Positions 50,312 through 64,000 are shown, counted from the first letter of the stretch. The stretch is 64,000 bases of DNA from Carcharhinus longimanus (GCA_030264375.1 JASCQW010000162.1:44742869-44806868), one strand, 5' to 3'. The notes: a model not told the origin generated them from the sequence alone. Numbers and translations are program-made.

Positions 50312-53300
50312 CGTTAGGGCCACTCGTGTTCAATACATTTATCTCTTTTCGATTTGTTTTTAAATTCGTGTATGAATTTTAGCTTCATTTGCAAACAAAA
50401 GTTCTGTCGACGACAGTTTTGTTCGACATGTTTTTTTTATTCACTTACAGCGGCGTGTGAAGACACAGAAACAAAACTTGCATTTTAATAGCAGCCAGTA
50501 ATTAACAGGAGGCTAATGAGTTACAACAATACAAACACTTAAACTACATCACATTTTTCTGTTTAGTATGCCTCTAATCATTTCTGAGGCTCATATTTAT
50601 TTACGATAAACTACCACAGATGCTTTTGAGGTCAGTTGATGTAGATAATTTCTTGCCTATGTAATACGATTAAAGAAATATCACTATAATTAAATGCTGG
50701 AAATAGCTTGTATGTAAATTATTCTTCCTTTTCAGGGGTTGCATTCATAGGAATCGATTGAAGCTAAAATCAAATGAAGGTTTACAGCCATCCAAGCAAA
50801 CGTGCAACTCATAAATTAAATAGCCAGTTTTATCTTTTACCAATTAAAGTCACTATTTGAGTACATCAACATCAATTTAAATGAGTTGGCAGCGTTCTTA
50901 TGTCCGAGTTTGAAGGTTTTAGCTTTAAGAACAAACATAAGTCTAAAATCTTGGTTGACAGTCCAAGGGATTGCCGCCTCTCCTCTGGACATAGTGTTAA
51001 ACCAAGGTTCAGCTGGATTCTAAACATCCCATGGTGTTTAAAAGAGCTGATCAGCATTCCTTCACNNNNNNNNNNNNNNNNNNNNNNNNNNNNNNNNNNN
51101 NNNNNNNNNNNNNNNNNNNNNNNNNNNNNNNNNNNNNNNNNNNNNNNNNNNNNNNNNNNNNNNNNTGCGTCACACCCCCGCACCCCACCACCTCGCCCCC
51201 CCCCCCCCCCCCCACACGCACACCAGCCCCCACCATCACTTCAAGCAACACTTCTTCTCCCTTATGGAACATCACACAAAAAAAACATAGTTACTGGCCA
51301 TTCTGCAGTGCACAATATGGCTCCTCGGAATTGAATTAAAAGTAATGAATTGATTGTGATGTTGTTTGAATGTTTCTGAGAAGTTTTGTTAAGTGTTTGA
51401 GTTTAATTACTGGTCTGTTCAAGTAAAATTCGGTTACTAACATCTTGATTCCAATCCAACTGTAATTTCCGCTGCAGTTGGACACACCCATTTTATTCAT
51501 TTGCATGCCCCTGTATATTGATATGACAGATCTTGGGTATCTGTTTAAGGGAATTGATAAGTGATTATCAGATGGATAGATGTATTCTTGTGTTGCCCTT
51601 TTCCATTTAGACTTTGTTACCTTCAAGACTAATTAAGTGCAGTGGTGATGCTTGTTTTTAAAAAAAATTATTTCAGTTAACCTTCTGATTGCAACTAACA
51701 TACTCCTACTCACAGCTTTACATCTCCCCAGCAGATCTGTGCTGTCAGCCAATGACAGGCACCAGCCCAGCAGGAGACGGTGGGTATTTGCTGGCCGCCC
51801 CCAGGCCCCTTCCTGAACATGGATGAAAGGAGACACAGAAATGTTTGCCTCAATATGCAATCTTACAAACTCCAAAGTGTCAAATCAGTCACTTTATTCA
51901 CTTTATGTTGTGCCCACTTGGCTATTTTACCACCTACTCACTTTGATCCTGTATTCCACAAATACATTCCAAGGTCTAATGAATGCCAGTACAGTTGTCC
52001 CATTACACAATTGCTGTAATCACATCAGATTTGCTGGTCAGAAGTTAGTTCCACTTTGAGGCTGTCACAGTTTCCTCTTCTGGTGCAAAATGTGTTTTCA
52101 AACAAGAAATGTCATCGCTGCGTCATTAAACAAAATGAAAATGTCTAACCTGTTGTAAATTTGTACAATGTAAAAACAATATATAGTTATTCAGCTTTAT
52201 TTATAAATAATGCATGACAAAAACTTCACACTGTAATCTTGTAACATTTTTTGTAACCCAAAGGAAACAGAACTGTTAAAAATAGATAACTAAATCAAGA
52301 AACATGGTCTTTTTGTCAACTATGTTTCCCCCTTCTCCTATCCATTCACTCACCACAACCAACCCCACAAAAAACATGCATTGAATGTGTGTTTAAAAAT
52401 AAAGTCATTGATCTTTGTTAATAGCTTGTTTTATTTTTAAAAAAATCAAACAACAGTTTATAATATTGCCTGGAAAGATAGAATCCAAAGGTCTACTTGA
52501 TTAACTACACCCAATCCTTACATTGATCAAGTACTTTTTCATTTACCGTGGACTCTATCCAACCAATTAAATCTCCAAGTTATGAGTTAAATACTCAAAG
52601 ATTGCTTATTGCTATAAAGTTTGCTTATATTGATATTAATACAACAAAGTCAACAAATCACATTGTTGATGAGAAAAGTTTATGGATTTGGAAAGCAATG
52701 CTGGGCTAATCGCATGATTTTTATCTGAAGTTTACAATTATCAAAGGACCGTGTTTATGAGCAAATAAGATAAAAGTAAGCGTTTACTATATAGAGCTAC
52801 CAGAACTTACATGAATACTTTGTTTCAGTGAGTTGAGCCTTGCTGGGTCTGAGACCTACAAGATATAATCTGGGCAAGTGATCAGGATCTGTCAGAGTCT
52901 ATAAACTTTGATATATCTCAGCAGGGTGCTTTAGTAAATTTGCTAATGTGCATATTTCAATTTGAATCAACAGTTTTCAACAACTTCTGGGTCTCTCTAT
53001 TTGAAAATATGCCTTTAGGTAACCTCATATGTAACTGCCAGGACTTTTAATCATGTAGCCCTCCATCCATGCATTAAAAGGCAATTGTTTCTGAATTTTT
53101 CCTTCTTAATACACTGTAGCCCCCTCTATCTGCCCCATATCAACACTATCTTTTTAATTATTTAAACATAATATTATTATTATGAGGTGTTGAAAGATCT
53201 TTCTGTATTTCTTTCAGTTTCTTTCTGCCAATGCCCCCGTCGTAGTCTCGGAAATTGTCTATCTTGGACGTTTTCCTTCTAATTAAATTTGTAGGCATGA

Positions 53301-54354
53301 TTGCCCAAATTCTGTTTGTGAATTCAAACTCTGAAGCACTCAAGGTATGTAATAGTGTTTTCTTCTGTACGAAGTATCATGTGCAAGCATTATTATATGG
53401 CTGCTTGATTTATTAGTCTGTTAATAAGGAAGAAGCTTTTAAAAAAAAACATGCCTTACTTCAGGTTTTTTTCTGTATTCGACAAATCACAGATCAAATG
53501 TTAGGTACAGATATTTTAGTATGGTTGTGTCAAGTTTGGACCAGAAAGTGTGATAAGTAGGTAGTGAATTTCTCACCCACACACTGAATGTAAGAGAGAC
53601 TAATATCAAGATTCCCAATGTGTTGTGCTTACCTAAATGTTGAAGAAACCGTGCAAGCATATTGTGTTGATAGTGATGACTAGAAAGGTACGAGGTGCCA
53701 TCTTCTGTGTTTTGACAATCTAAACATAAATGCGAACAAAAACTTTTTTCAGTGAATGCAGTTTTTGTTCAGTTCAGTTATGCTTATAATCTACTTCAGG
53801 CTGTCTATTAATTTGGGGGGAAAGTGCATTAAGGAATAGAAACCATATGTAAGTTTGTTTGGTAAAGCAACACAGATAAGTTTGACATGCCAATTTGTTA
53901 TTTCAGATAATCAGCTTGACATGTCTCCAGAAAAAAAATGAAGCTTTATTTATTTTTGATTTGTTACATTTTAGCTCTTTGTGTTTTGCAATGGCATTAT
54001 ACCACTCCACAAGATATGATAACATTGTAAACAGCGCTTGTATAATTTAAGCGTCTTCTTGGACATTTTCACTTTAACCTTAAAATAACAACTTGGAATA
54101 TTGCCACTTTAGGAGGTGGTGTAATTTTGTAGCCCTCTGCAGTTTTTCTTTCTTTGCCTCCATAGCAGGATTTTTGAAACCAATCCAAAATATTACAATT
54201 TTTTAGTTATTTTACTTTAATTTTCTGATCACTTCTCCTGGACTATGATCTCCCAGTTATGTTCCCATTATTTCCAGGTGTTTAGTCAAGTCACCATGAC
54301 CAAACAGCTGCTCATACACCTGTCACTAGTTAAGTAGCCTTTAGACTCAACGTA

Positions 54355-55590
54355 CAGTAAAGTCCTGCCATTTGTGGTGGTTACATTTCCACAAAATCTC
54401 ATATTTATGTAAAATCACAAGTACTTAATAATGGATGCACATTAGATGGGTTCCAGCCACCCCCAAGTTTGACATTTTTAAAATAAAAGAGACAATATGA
54501 ACTACATTTTTGAGTAAATCAAGACATTTTACCATAGAAATTTTGTCAATACAAGAAAATTGAACAATATAAAACTTGTCAATTACACAATATTCCAAAT
54601 TACAATATCTTAATGTAAAGGTGCTGTACTTCAGACTGAAGGTGAGTGAGAGAGCGACATGGCTGATCTGGATATTTTTATGAATGGAAAGAACAATGTT
54701 ACGGTTGACTGCTTTACTTCCTGCTTTTCAGATTTGTAAAGTTCTCGGTAAAGAGAAATAGCTCCATCAATTGTTCTACAAAAGGCAATATTTCTTTCCA
54801 TGTTTGTATCATGGTCTATCACCAGTTTTTTTTTGGTCAAATATTCAGCAAATCTTATGTGATATGCCATCACCTTGGGTGTGAATTGAGCCTTCTTAGG
54901 CTCTTCTTCATGCTCCTGCTCTGTTCTGGCTCATTTAATCTCATCAGTTCAACTAATTCCTCTAAAGAAAGTTCCTCATGATGAGATTGAAGCAACTTAT
55001 CCATTTCATCTGTGGTCTCTCCCTTCCTACTTGTTTTTGCCAATTCAACAATCCTGGCTATTTCAGCATCCACATTGGGGAACCCTGTGAAATCATTCAC
55101 AGCCTCGGGTCGAACTTTTTTCCAGCAGGCATTTACGGCTGAAGCTCTAACTTCATCCCACGAGTCCTTAACTTTGTCTCCTGCTTTGAGGATGTTGAAT
55201 TCCTTCCAGCAACCATGGTACAATGCAAGTACTTTGTTTCAAATGATTAGATCATTAACTGGGATTCCCCTTTGCTGCTGGTGCTCTCTCCACTCATTGA
55301 ATAACTTCTCCATTTCCTCTAACCTAACTTTTGCTCACAAAAGTTAACTTGGGGGTACAACTATCAGAAACATTAATACTGGCCCTTATTTTTTCCTGAG
55401 ACTGTCTATTGTACCTGATTGTGAATGCATTGTTACTTGCACCACTTTTCAACCAATCTAAGATTAAGACTTTTTGTTCAAATGTCATCATTTTCCCTGG
55501 GATATTTTCTACTTGGCTCAGAATCACTCATTTAAAGTTAAATGCCGTACTATACCTATACTGTAAAATGCTGGTCAAGACTTACTGTAT
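54355..55590 (-). mobile_element. Tigger/pogo (TIGD1-like) internally deleted element
   Basis: CENP-B HTH-like peptides (EQKVLILDWLKSG; MEKLFNEWREHQQQRGIPV) and post-catalytic WKEFNI..SWDEV..NACWKK.P...LLQSHHEEL..EEL...DTNMER...KQSTV..FF. Left end TA|CAGTAAAGTCCTGCC at 54353. The right end is uncertain. Confidence 0.85.
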
Positions 55591-55819
55591 CCTATAAATC
55601 ACAGCAAACTTCATACAGTCAGAAATGGCACATACACAGAGCACACTTTCTCTTCCTACATGGGAACGACAAGGCAGAAATTTTCATGATCTCTAAATTG
55701 AGTCCTTTATTTATTTCAGGACCAACACATGTTGAGGTGAGAGCTTTGAAATGTTCAATCATGATGGATAAAAGTTTGGGCCGTGGACAGCAATTGGGTT
55801 TCAAACACTTTTGCACATT

Positions 55820-56195
55820 AATTTGATGTGATTTATTACTGTCACACCTATTGGGATACAATGAAAAATATTGCTTCTTGCACACCAAACAGACAAAGCA
55901 TACCATTCATAGAGTGCATAGGGGAGAAGGAAAGGATAGGGTGCAGAATACAGTGTTGAAATTAACCGATAGGGTGAAGAGAAAGATCAGATTAATGGAT
56001 GACAGGACCATTCAAAGGTCTGATGGCAGCAGGGAAGAAACTGTTCTTGAGTTTGTTGATATGTGTTTTCAGACTTCCACATCTTTTTCCCTACGGAAGG
56101 ACATAGATGAGATTATGTCCAGGTGCGTGGAGTCCTTGATTATGTTGGCTGCTTTTTTGAGGCAGCGGGAAGTGTAGGTGGAGTCAGTGGATGTA
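55820..56195 (-). mobile_element. Rex1/Babar LINE 3' end
   Basis: Minus-strand peptide STDSTYTSRCLKKAANIIKDSTH plus the family 3' UTR. Confidence 0.8.
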
Positions 56196-56684
56196 AATTT
56201 AATGGATGGACATGTAAAGAAATTCACAACAGAGAGGGTCGGTGTAAGTTGATTGTACTCACTTCTATTTCCTTTCAAAAAATTACTGAAATGTCCAGAA
56301 CACCCATGTTTCAAAATCCATACATGGCATTGCCATGACAATGCAGAGGGAATTTCACAGTGCATGCCATGACTGAGTACTTGTTGCTGATATTATTACT
56401 GAGATAATTAAACATTTATTTTCTCTAGGCTGACAACATGAAATAAAGAAAAAATGAAAAACTTGATTTTTAACAAAACTTGTTTGCAGCCTTTATTCAA
56501 AAAGTACAAGGAGCCAACTTCAATTAAGGGAGTTTCAAATTTCTTCAGCATTCTGTTTAAGATTAGGAATCAATTATAAGTTGCTGCCACAGAAGGAATG
56601 TTTTTGTTATTTGATGCGAACTGTGTAGGTTGTTAATCAAATCTAAGATGATCTTTCAGATGGTCACAAGACAGCTGAAAATAA

Positions 56685-56970
56685 ACATTTATTTATTAGT
56701 CACAAGTAGATTTACATTAACACTGCAATGAAGTTACTGTGAAAATCCCATGGTTGCCACACTCCATTGCCTGATTGGGCACACTGAGGAAAAATTTAGC
56801 ATGGCCAATACACCTAACCAGCACATCTTTCAGACTGTGGGAGGAAATCGGAGCACCCGAATGAAACCCATGCAGACACTGGGGGAACGTGAAAACTCCA
56901 TACCGACAGTGACCCAAGCCGGGAATTGATCCCAAATCCCTGACGCTGTGAGGCAGCCTTGCTAACCATT
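56685..56970 (-). mobile_element. HE1-like SINE
   Basis: tttatttattagtcacaag tail on plus, with typical body and head. Confidence 0.87.
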
Positions 56971-57999
56971 TTTGTCCAATGATGGGAGAATGCCAAGGAA
57001 ATTTTGAAAAAACATTCATACAAATCATTTCTGCAATTGCTGGAACTGAGCTCAAAAATCAGCCTATTCCATGTCCAATGCTACACCACATCAGAATGTT
57101 TACCATTCACAATTGGAATTCTGAATGACTTATTTAATGTTGTTAAGCCACACTCCATTCATTTATTTATTAATGTTCCACAGTTAAGCCATCACAAGTA
57201 CAGAACAATCATCAGTGTGCTGTTTTTGAAATTGATAAAATTGATAAAAGTAGTCTGTTGGAAAAGAGGGACGGATGCTTCAGGGTCAAAATGTCAGATA
57301 AAATGCTGATTGAATATGGAATCTGGTGCCAGGATACATGGAACTCCAAAATTAGAGCAAGAAAGTGATGAATCTTCACTCATGAAATGTTGCCCTGAAA
57401 TAACACTGATTGACTTTTTGACATTGACACAAACCAAAAGCCCAATTCCTAGAATATTATTGTCCTCATGATTCTTGCCCATGCTTCTTTATGGATCCAC
57501 TCAATATTAAACATTCTTTTCCCTTTGGAGAAATGTTTAATGGATCAAATTATCTGTAACCACACCATTAAGATTTCCTTAATTTCCGAGTAAGTATGAT
57601 CAAATGTGAAACAAGTGTTTCTCTTTTCCTGGGCCTTTTCTTCCTATTGTCNNNNAATATATCTCTCTCCAATATGTTGAAACAGAACAATGCAAACTCT
57701 GTTTCTTATTGCAATAACAAAGTTTACAAATGCATTTTGATGTGGGTGACAACAAAACAGCATGACAGTGTAACTGCCTTGAATATTTGTGGTTTGCATT
57801 GCAGATTTGTTTTTTGGACTTATTTTGGTGTGAATTATTTGGCAAAAGTTATCACAATTGCGACTTCCTTGAAAAAGAGTGAGAAATAAAAACTTTAGTC
57901 AAGGAGAAAAGCTTCAGGCAAATTTGTGGAAAATGCGTATTGTGTCAGTTGCTGTGGTTTTTGCCACTCTTTTGTAAGTACTCTTCATCTGTTTTGTTG

Positions 58000-58780
58000 T
58001 GAGATTGTTGCCCCGTGGAAATAATCCCTATGTAATTGTGGGACCGTGCAACATCTGGTGGATCCAACATCTTCCTTACAAGTGACTGTCAACGTTGGTC
58101 AAAAGATAAATGTACTCAAGCACGTAAGGCTGCGCAATTATAAAGATCGTGTTAGGAAGCGCAAGAAGAAGCAGTTATGCAAAGTTGCATGGGCCAATGG
58201 AAGTGAACTATGGTTAATATCAGGGGTGCGATACATAAAGCAAAGATACCCTGGGGATTGACACGCTGCGGGCGATGCTGACATCTAGGACATCTTGTCG
58301 CATCAGCGCTGTTGTGTTTCACCATTTCTGTCACTGTCCTGATTGATTACTCTCAGTCCTTCACTATTATATCTCTGAGAAATTCACTTCATCCCCCACA
58401 TTTTTTGTTTCTCTTGCGTCTATGGTGCAGATGGCATCAACCCACACATCTGCATTGTTCACAACCCACATAGCATTGCTGCTCATGTTCCCATTGGGGT
58501 CGGCAAGACTCCTAATAGCCTTAAACTTTTCTGTTGTCCAAATTGGTGCACACAACTTGAAACTGTGGAATTAAAGTAACTGAGTTGCTCCCAACTTTTT
58601 GAAGTGTTTGGCAGTGACGATTTTTTCCCCCAATCCTTAAAAGATAAAATAATCCTTTTACAGACCTCCACTTAAAAGTTTAATCTTGCGAAACTACATG
58701 GAACCAGTACCCAATATTACAGCAGAAGAGTAATACAGCATAAGCCAAACCGCTTAAGAGAAGTTGTGACTCCATCCAGA
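58000..58780 (-). mobile_element. Possible ancient hAT (DUF659-like) transposase relic
   Basis: Frameshifted peptides NNADVWVDA, CTIDARETKNVGDEVNFSEIIVK, TVTEMVKHNSADA and LCIAPLILTIV follow the order DGW.D / sID.s...tge / vvtDNa / C.aH.l.L of that family. Pattern recognition only. Confidence 0.4.
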
Positions 58781-59714
58781 AAAATTGAAGTGTCTTTAGA
58801 ACCAAACACATTAAAATGTGTTTTGGGGTAAGCCTATTCCTTTGATTACATATGCTAAATACAGGGGTTATATTTCTGGAGCGTAATGGAGCTTTTATGA
58901 TCTGTCTTGTAACGCTCGAAAAAACTGTGTCAGTAAAACCACACCAAACATTTCTTCCTGTTTACAATATAATTATACTAAGTGAAAAAATTCACTTATG
59001 GTGCTGTGCCGCAGAGAAAGTTTGTCTTTGCCAAAAGATAATTCACATTTTCTTTGATTGTGCTGCTTACTTGTATATTTGTAGCTTTCTAATGTAGATT
59101 AATTTGTGTTTCTAGCAAGTTGCATGTTTTACACAGAAGAACAAGCCTTGCAATAATAAAGTATTGTTGGATAATGCCATACTTCTCTGCAAAGCATATG
59201 TATAAAATTCTGCCCTTGTTAATTAAAAAATGAAAACAATAAGCATTCCAAAAGCAGATTTATGGTAATGAGGGATGTGCTCGGCAATATCTAACTGCTG
59301 AAGATTAAACACAGAGTACTAACTAAATGAACAGGCAGAGTCAATATGCAGTGGTTTAAGAAATGTCACTATACTTCAAAGTTTAATTGAATTGGAATTG
59401 AAGGGCAGCAGTCACAAGAGACAGAAGAAAAATTATGTGTGTCTATCCGTGATTCTATTTGGTATTGATTTGTTCAGATTGTGATTTGAATGTGAAATCT
59501 TGGAGCGATGTTATGGTATTGCAAATACTGCTTTGTCCTTTGAAAACCGCAGGAAAAAAGGCAGCCCAATCATTATCCCTTTTACTCGAGGTCTGAAGAT
59601 ATTTTTGATCAATAGACTGCCAGTGTCTTGGGTCTCATGGAGTCAAGAACATTCCTAAATATAAGTGATTACATTGATGTGGTAGATATGGAGATGTGCA
59701 TTCTTTTGGATCTC

Positions 59715-60455
59715 CAGATCTCTACACCCATGCTGACACTATAGTTAAGAAAGCCCACAAGTGCCTTTACTTTCTCAGAAGACTAAAGAAATTTGGCACG
59801 TCAGTCACGACTTTCATCAACTTTTACAGAAGCTTCATAGAAAGCAATCTTTCTGGCTGTACCACATCTTGGTATGTTTCCTGTCTGCCCAAGACCACAA
59901 GAAACTACAAGAGGTTGTGAATGTAGCCCAATCTATCAAGCAAATCAGTCTCCCATCCATTGATTCTGTCTACACTTCCCACTGCTTCTGCAAAGCAGCC
60001 AGCAGAATTAAGGACCCCATGCACGCTGGACATTCTCTCTTCCACCTTCTTCCGTCAGGAAAAAGATGCAAAAGTCTGAGGTCACTTACCAACTGACTGA
60101 AGAACTTCTTCCCTGCTGCTGTCAGACTTTTGAATGGACCTACTTTGCATTAAGTTNNNNNNNNNNNNNNNNNNNNNNNNNNNNNNNNNNNNNNNNNNNN
60201 NNNNNNNNNNNNNNNNNNNNNNNNNNNNNNNNNNNNNNNNNNNNNNNNNNNNNNNNAACTGCTGCTTCATTGCTACCATCAGATTTTTGAATGGACCTAC
60301 TTTGCATTAAGTTGATCTTTCTCTACACCCTAGTTGTGACTGCAACACTACATTCTGCACTCTTGTTTCCTTCTCTATGAATGGTATGCTCTGTCCGTAT
60401 ACTGTGAAAGAAACAATTATTTTCATGTATGCTAATACATGTGACAATAATATAT
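59715..60455 (+). mobile_element. Rex1/Babar LINE ORF2 C-terminus and 3' UTR
   Basis: IVKKAHKCLYFLRRLKKFG...FYRSFIESNLSGC..SWY; LQEVVNVAQSI...LPSIDSVYTSHC..KAASRIKDPMHAGHSLFHLLPSGKR. Confidence 0.9.
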
Positions 60456-61452
60456 CAGATTAAATCTGCTAAGCACCTCTGACCTGGCAACATGACATGT
60501 CATCCAGAGAAATCTGCATGCTTGCATTAGGTTGCAAAGAAGTTTCATGACTCAAGCATATTGATACATGAAACTAGTTAAACATCAACATTGGTAATTA
60601 TTGATTGGCTTCTGAATTGGAAAACATTTTAAAAATGTTTGATTGTAATGAAATTATTACATTGTCACTATTATAGACAATATTATGGATGGGGTTTTCT
60701 TAGCCATACTTGCCCCAAAACCAGAAAATTCAGCCTGAGGTCAACAGAACTTTGCCTGGTCTGCACACCCCCCCTTCCCCCGCCCCTGTCTGCTATGATT
60801 CCCAGGGTGGATGGGATGAGAAAATTCCCCCCAAAGATTTTGGACACTTCATCCACATGCAATGGAATAGGCTGTGCATGTATAAGTGGCCCATGCATCC
60901 ATGTGATCTCTAGTGTACCTGAAAGAGATTGACAGAAGATTTGGTATCAGGATGACATGCGGAGAATTGGCCTATCAGGATCATATTGGCATTTAGCTGT
61001 AAACATAAAAAGATGTTAGTTTTATGAGCTGATGGATGGAGCAAGCAATACTCATGTTCCTTGTATGTGACTCATGTTCTTGTGTTGGGACCAGTCCACA
61101 GTTCCTTGTCTCAGGCTGAAAGCCAGGCACCTCCACCAGGATGAGCTGCTCTTACATTTACCACAGTAACCATGACAGAGTGCCATTCTCAGAGGCTGAG
61201 AATAGCTACACAACCAAATGGTTGTGTCATACGTGGAGATGAAGGCAGAAGATGGGAAGTCATGGGAAAATGAGGTTTCTAAAAAGAAATTCAACTTTCT
61301 GTACTTCAGCCATTGTCTAATGCTGCTACAGTGGCAGCATTCCAGGACTCTATCCAGTGACACTATTCATTTGAGAACAGAGATAATGAGCATTGGCAGA
61401 CTATTCAGCAATAGTCAAGCTTAATCTTGTCCTTATCTAACATCGACAAACA

Positions 61453-62090
61453 TGGAGCAGAATTTCACACCCTGGCTTAGCAGACTGGCAATGGGTGTAA
61501 AATCGGGTGTAGTACCACAGCACCATTCCCAGGATCTACCAGACTGCTCCTGACTCAAAGCAATTTTTGGTGAGGTGGCTCTGGCCCACCCAACCTTGAG
61601 CCAATTGAGACCTTGAAGTGGCAAGTTAATGATCACTTGAATGCCTCTGCTAGCTCCTGCCACAATCCCTCCCATAGTGGGTGGAGGCCAGAGCTAATAT
61701 GAAGCTCACCAGTCTCACTCCTCAGGCTACTAGCAGGAAAGAAGGTGGTTCCTCATTTATGGTGACATCCTCAGGCCCATTTGTGGCCCCTGAGACAAGA
61801 CCTGCCTATCCACAGGATTCCCCATCCTCTGAGCCAGCAGTGGCTACTGCTCCTAGTGACACTGCTGGGATTGGAGAGTTGCTGACGTTTGGTTGACAGC
61901 TCCCAGAGGTGGGGCTTCCTCCTCTGATGAAGGGTAGGGGATTGGGGAGGGAGGTGGTGGTCTCATCCTGAACTGCCCTACCAAGCATTAAATGACTGTG
62001 TGGCTACCTGTCAGACTGAGAGTGTGCTCATCACCCACTGTTGCCAGGAGAAGGGCAACATCAAATCCTGCTTATGAAATTTCCTACTTA
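61453..62090. mobile_element. GC-rich MITE-like element
   Basis: Starts ggagcagaatttcac, similar to the TIR family. Internal ccaattgagaccttgaagtggcaagttaat resembles 3880-3905 and 27900-27950. Confidence 0.45.
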
Positions 62091-63687
62091 AGTCAGTCCA
62101 TAGTGATTTAAGAACAGATAATTTAGCTGAATTTTCTCTTCCTAACTCAGGTTCTGTGATCCAATTATACAGTTCCTACAGTAAGCTCAGCTGAAAAGAC
62201 TTAGCTCAGCACAGAGCAGGCATTCAGCCTGAGACTGTACTCGTCTGCGTCGCCTGGCCACTCACTGCATAAACTGGAAAAAATGTTTGGCAAGAAAATA
62301 TTTTCTTTATTACAATGTAGCCAGCGCTGTGGGTTAGTAGATATGTTGAGGATGGGGTTCCTACCATCCTGTTTTACCTTTTTTTAGATGGTGCGAAATC
62401 AAGGTCAGTGCAGGGCAATGTATCAACAAAAAAGCTACTTGAAAGTGTTTTGTTTCTGATGTTTATTTTCTTCTGTTTATCGCCTCCATTCATTCTCCAT
62501 GATGTGCCATTCCTGTCCAAGGTAGCAGGCAGATAATCTACTCTCATTCACCACTGATTCCTGTGTATCAGCTGCTAAAGTTATGCGAAAATGCCCTGAG
62601 CCCATTTGATTTCCATTAATCCCTGTGAGAAGGTGCCTAACCTCCATTTAGCTCTTTCCTCAAACACTGCAGCTGGGGTCGGTAAACTAAATGTGTAAGA
62701 AATTGTACATTTATACTTCTTTCAACTGCTCCACACACAAGACAATGGAATGCCAACACTTTGTTCCTTTATCTCAACGAAAGCAGAATTTCCATCAGCT
62801 ATTTCAGATTATTTCTTGTTAAAGTCAGAATAGAAGGCACCTGGCCCCATTGATGTAAAACAGAGTGCATAAAAATGAAGGTGTTTTCTGAGAAAAAATA
62901 TTGGTTGAATTATTTCATGTACATAATACACATACTAAATACATAATTTATTTGGAAATTCCCACCCAAAAGCATTTGACAGGAAGGCACATGGATCTTA
63001 AGGGAACTCCCAGTGAAATTGCCATATCTATTGCTGTGAGCAGGGTCTTTGTGCACTGATTTACTCAAACTATTACGAGTGTTAACGCAGGGATCCCCTC
63101 AATTTTAAACATCACCAGGATGGCTTTCTTAAACTCATTGGTAAACTCGTATAAGAAAGATTTGCCTCTTTGTTTGTCTATCTGTGGGCCTTTCTCAGCT
63201 CTAGCTAAACTATTTAAACATATGGAGTTGGCCTCAATTGACTTTTATTTGTATGTGGAGGCCTTATAATGCAATAATACCCTTGCAATGTAAGTTGGAC
63301 TAAAGGATACCTTAAAAATTAAAATCTTCTGCAAAGCTAGTAGTGGTCATATTGCTAATTTTTACCATGTGTTTATTATCTCCCTTGCAAAATGGTAACA
63401 GTGATGGACAGTAATCTTCACTCCAACATCTTCATGTCAATTATTGTTTTGTAATCTTTAGTAGTCCATATGCGTATCATATTTTGGACATATTCCTAAA
63501 TCCCAGCTGTTTTAATGTTTACATTTATAGATCCAAATGGAGTTAGAAAGGAATTAAACTTAATGTTCCTTCAGGCTCTTTTCTATAGCTGCAAAAATGA
63601 TTTGGTCCATGACATAGCAACATGAACATAATTGAACATGCTGCATTCCCCTACCAAGAGAAAGTAGCAAGATGTCCTTTGAAGACT

Positions 63688-63890
63688 AATAGATATGAAA
63701 ATCCACCATCAGGAAAAGACCAGCTGGTCCATCAAGCCTGCCCCACACCATGACACCTGAAGCATAATAACTAGATATTTCCTTACCTCCTGTAGCCATA
63801 TAATCTCTCGGGGAAGAAAGGAAAAGCAGGGAAATACTAATAAAAATTCCTCTCCCACCACCTCAGGCGACCAAAATCTCTCCAGGGTAT
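63688..63890 (-). mobile_element. LINE (CR1-like) 3' end remnant
   Basis: caggaaaagaccagctggtccatcaagcctgcccc resembles a reverse-complemented CR1 tail. Confidence 0.5.
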
Positions 63891-64000
63891 ACGTTACTTC
63901 CAAAATTACAGTCATGATAGTGGGTCAGAATTGTTCTGATCCCTACATATAGAAGAGTTTAAGATAAATGTTTTGTCCTCTCTGCCTGGACAGTGATGTG

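Overview
Vertebrate genomic DNA, most likely a cartilaginous fish (shark), judged from HE1-type and Deu-core tRNA SINEs plus CR1, L2, Rex1/Babar and Penelope remnants. It is a draft assembly with about 10 N-gaps. The only real protein-coding gene is EPHA4 on the minus strand. Its first three coding exons are here with canonical GT-AG sites and consistent phases: exon 1 CDS 48375-48465 (91 nt, signal peptide), exon 2 46186-46253 (68 nt) and exon 3 42051-42714 (664 nt, ligand-binding domain plus sushi/cysteine-rich region). I did not find exon 4, so bases 1-42050 appear to be part of a >42 kb intron 3, and bases above ~48.6 kb are upstream flank. The distal intron is rich in transposable elements (TEs), while ~37.7-54.3 kb is TE-poor and carries the candidate regulatory features: a CpG-rich promoter with GC-box, CRE and PBX-MEIS motifs, a 42-bp minisatellite next to the promoter, a strong CTCF motif and candidate PBX-HOX/MEIS enhancers. 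Fossil DNA transposons (Harbinger transposase and Myb genes, a Tigger deletion derivative, possible hAT and KDZ relics) and degenerate hammerhead ribozymes are also visible. I found no convincing evidence of a wholly new biological system; the best leads are regulatory. Repeat boundaries are by eye and approximate, and nearly all other ORFs in the supplied track are spurious.
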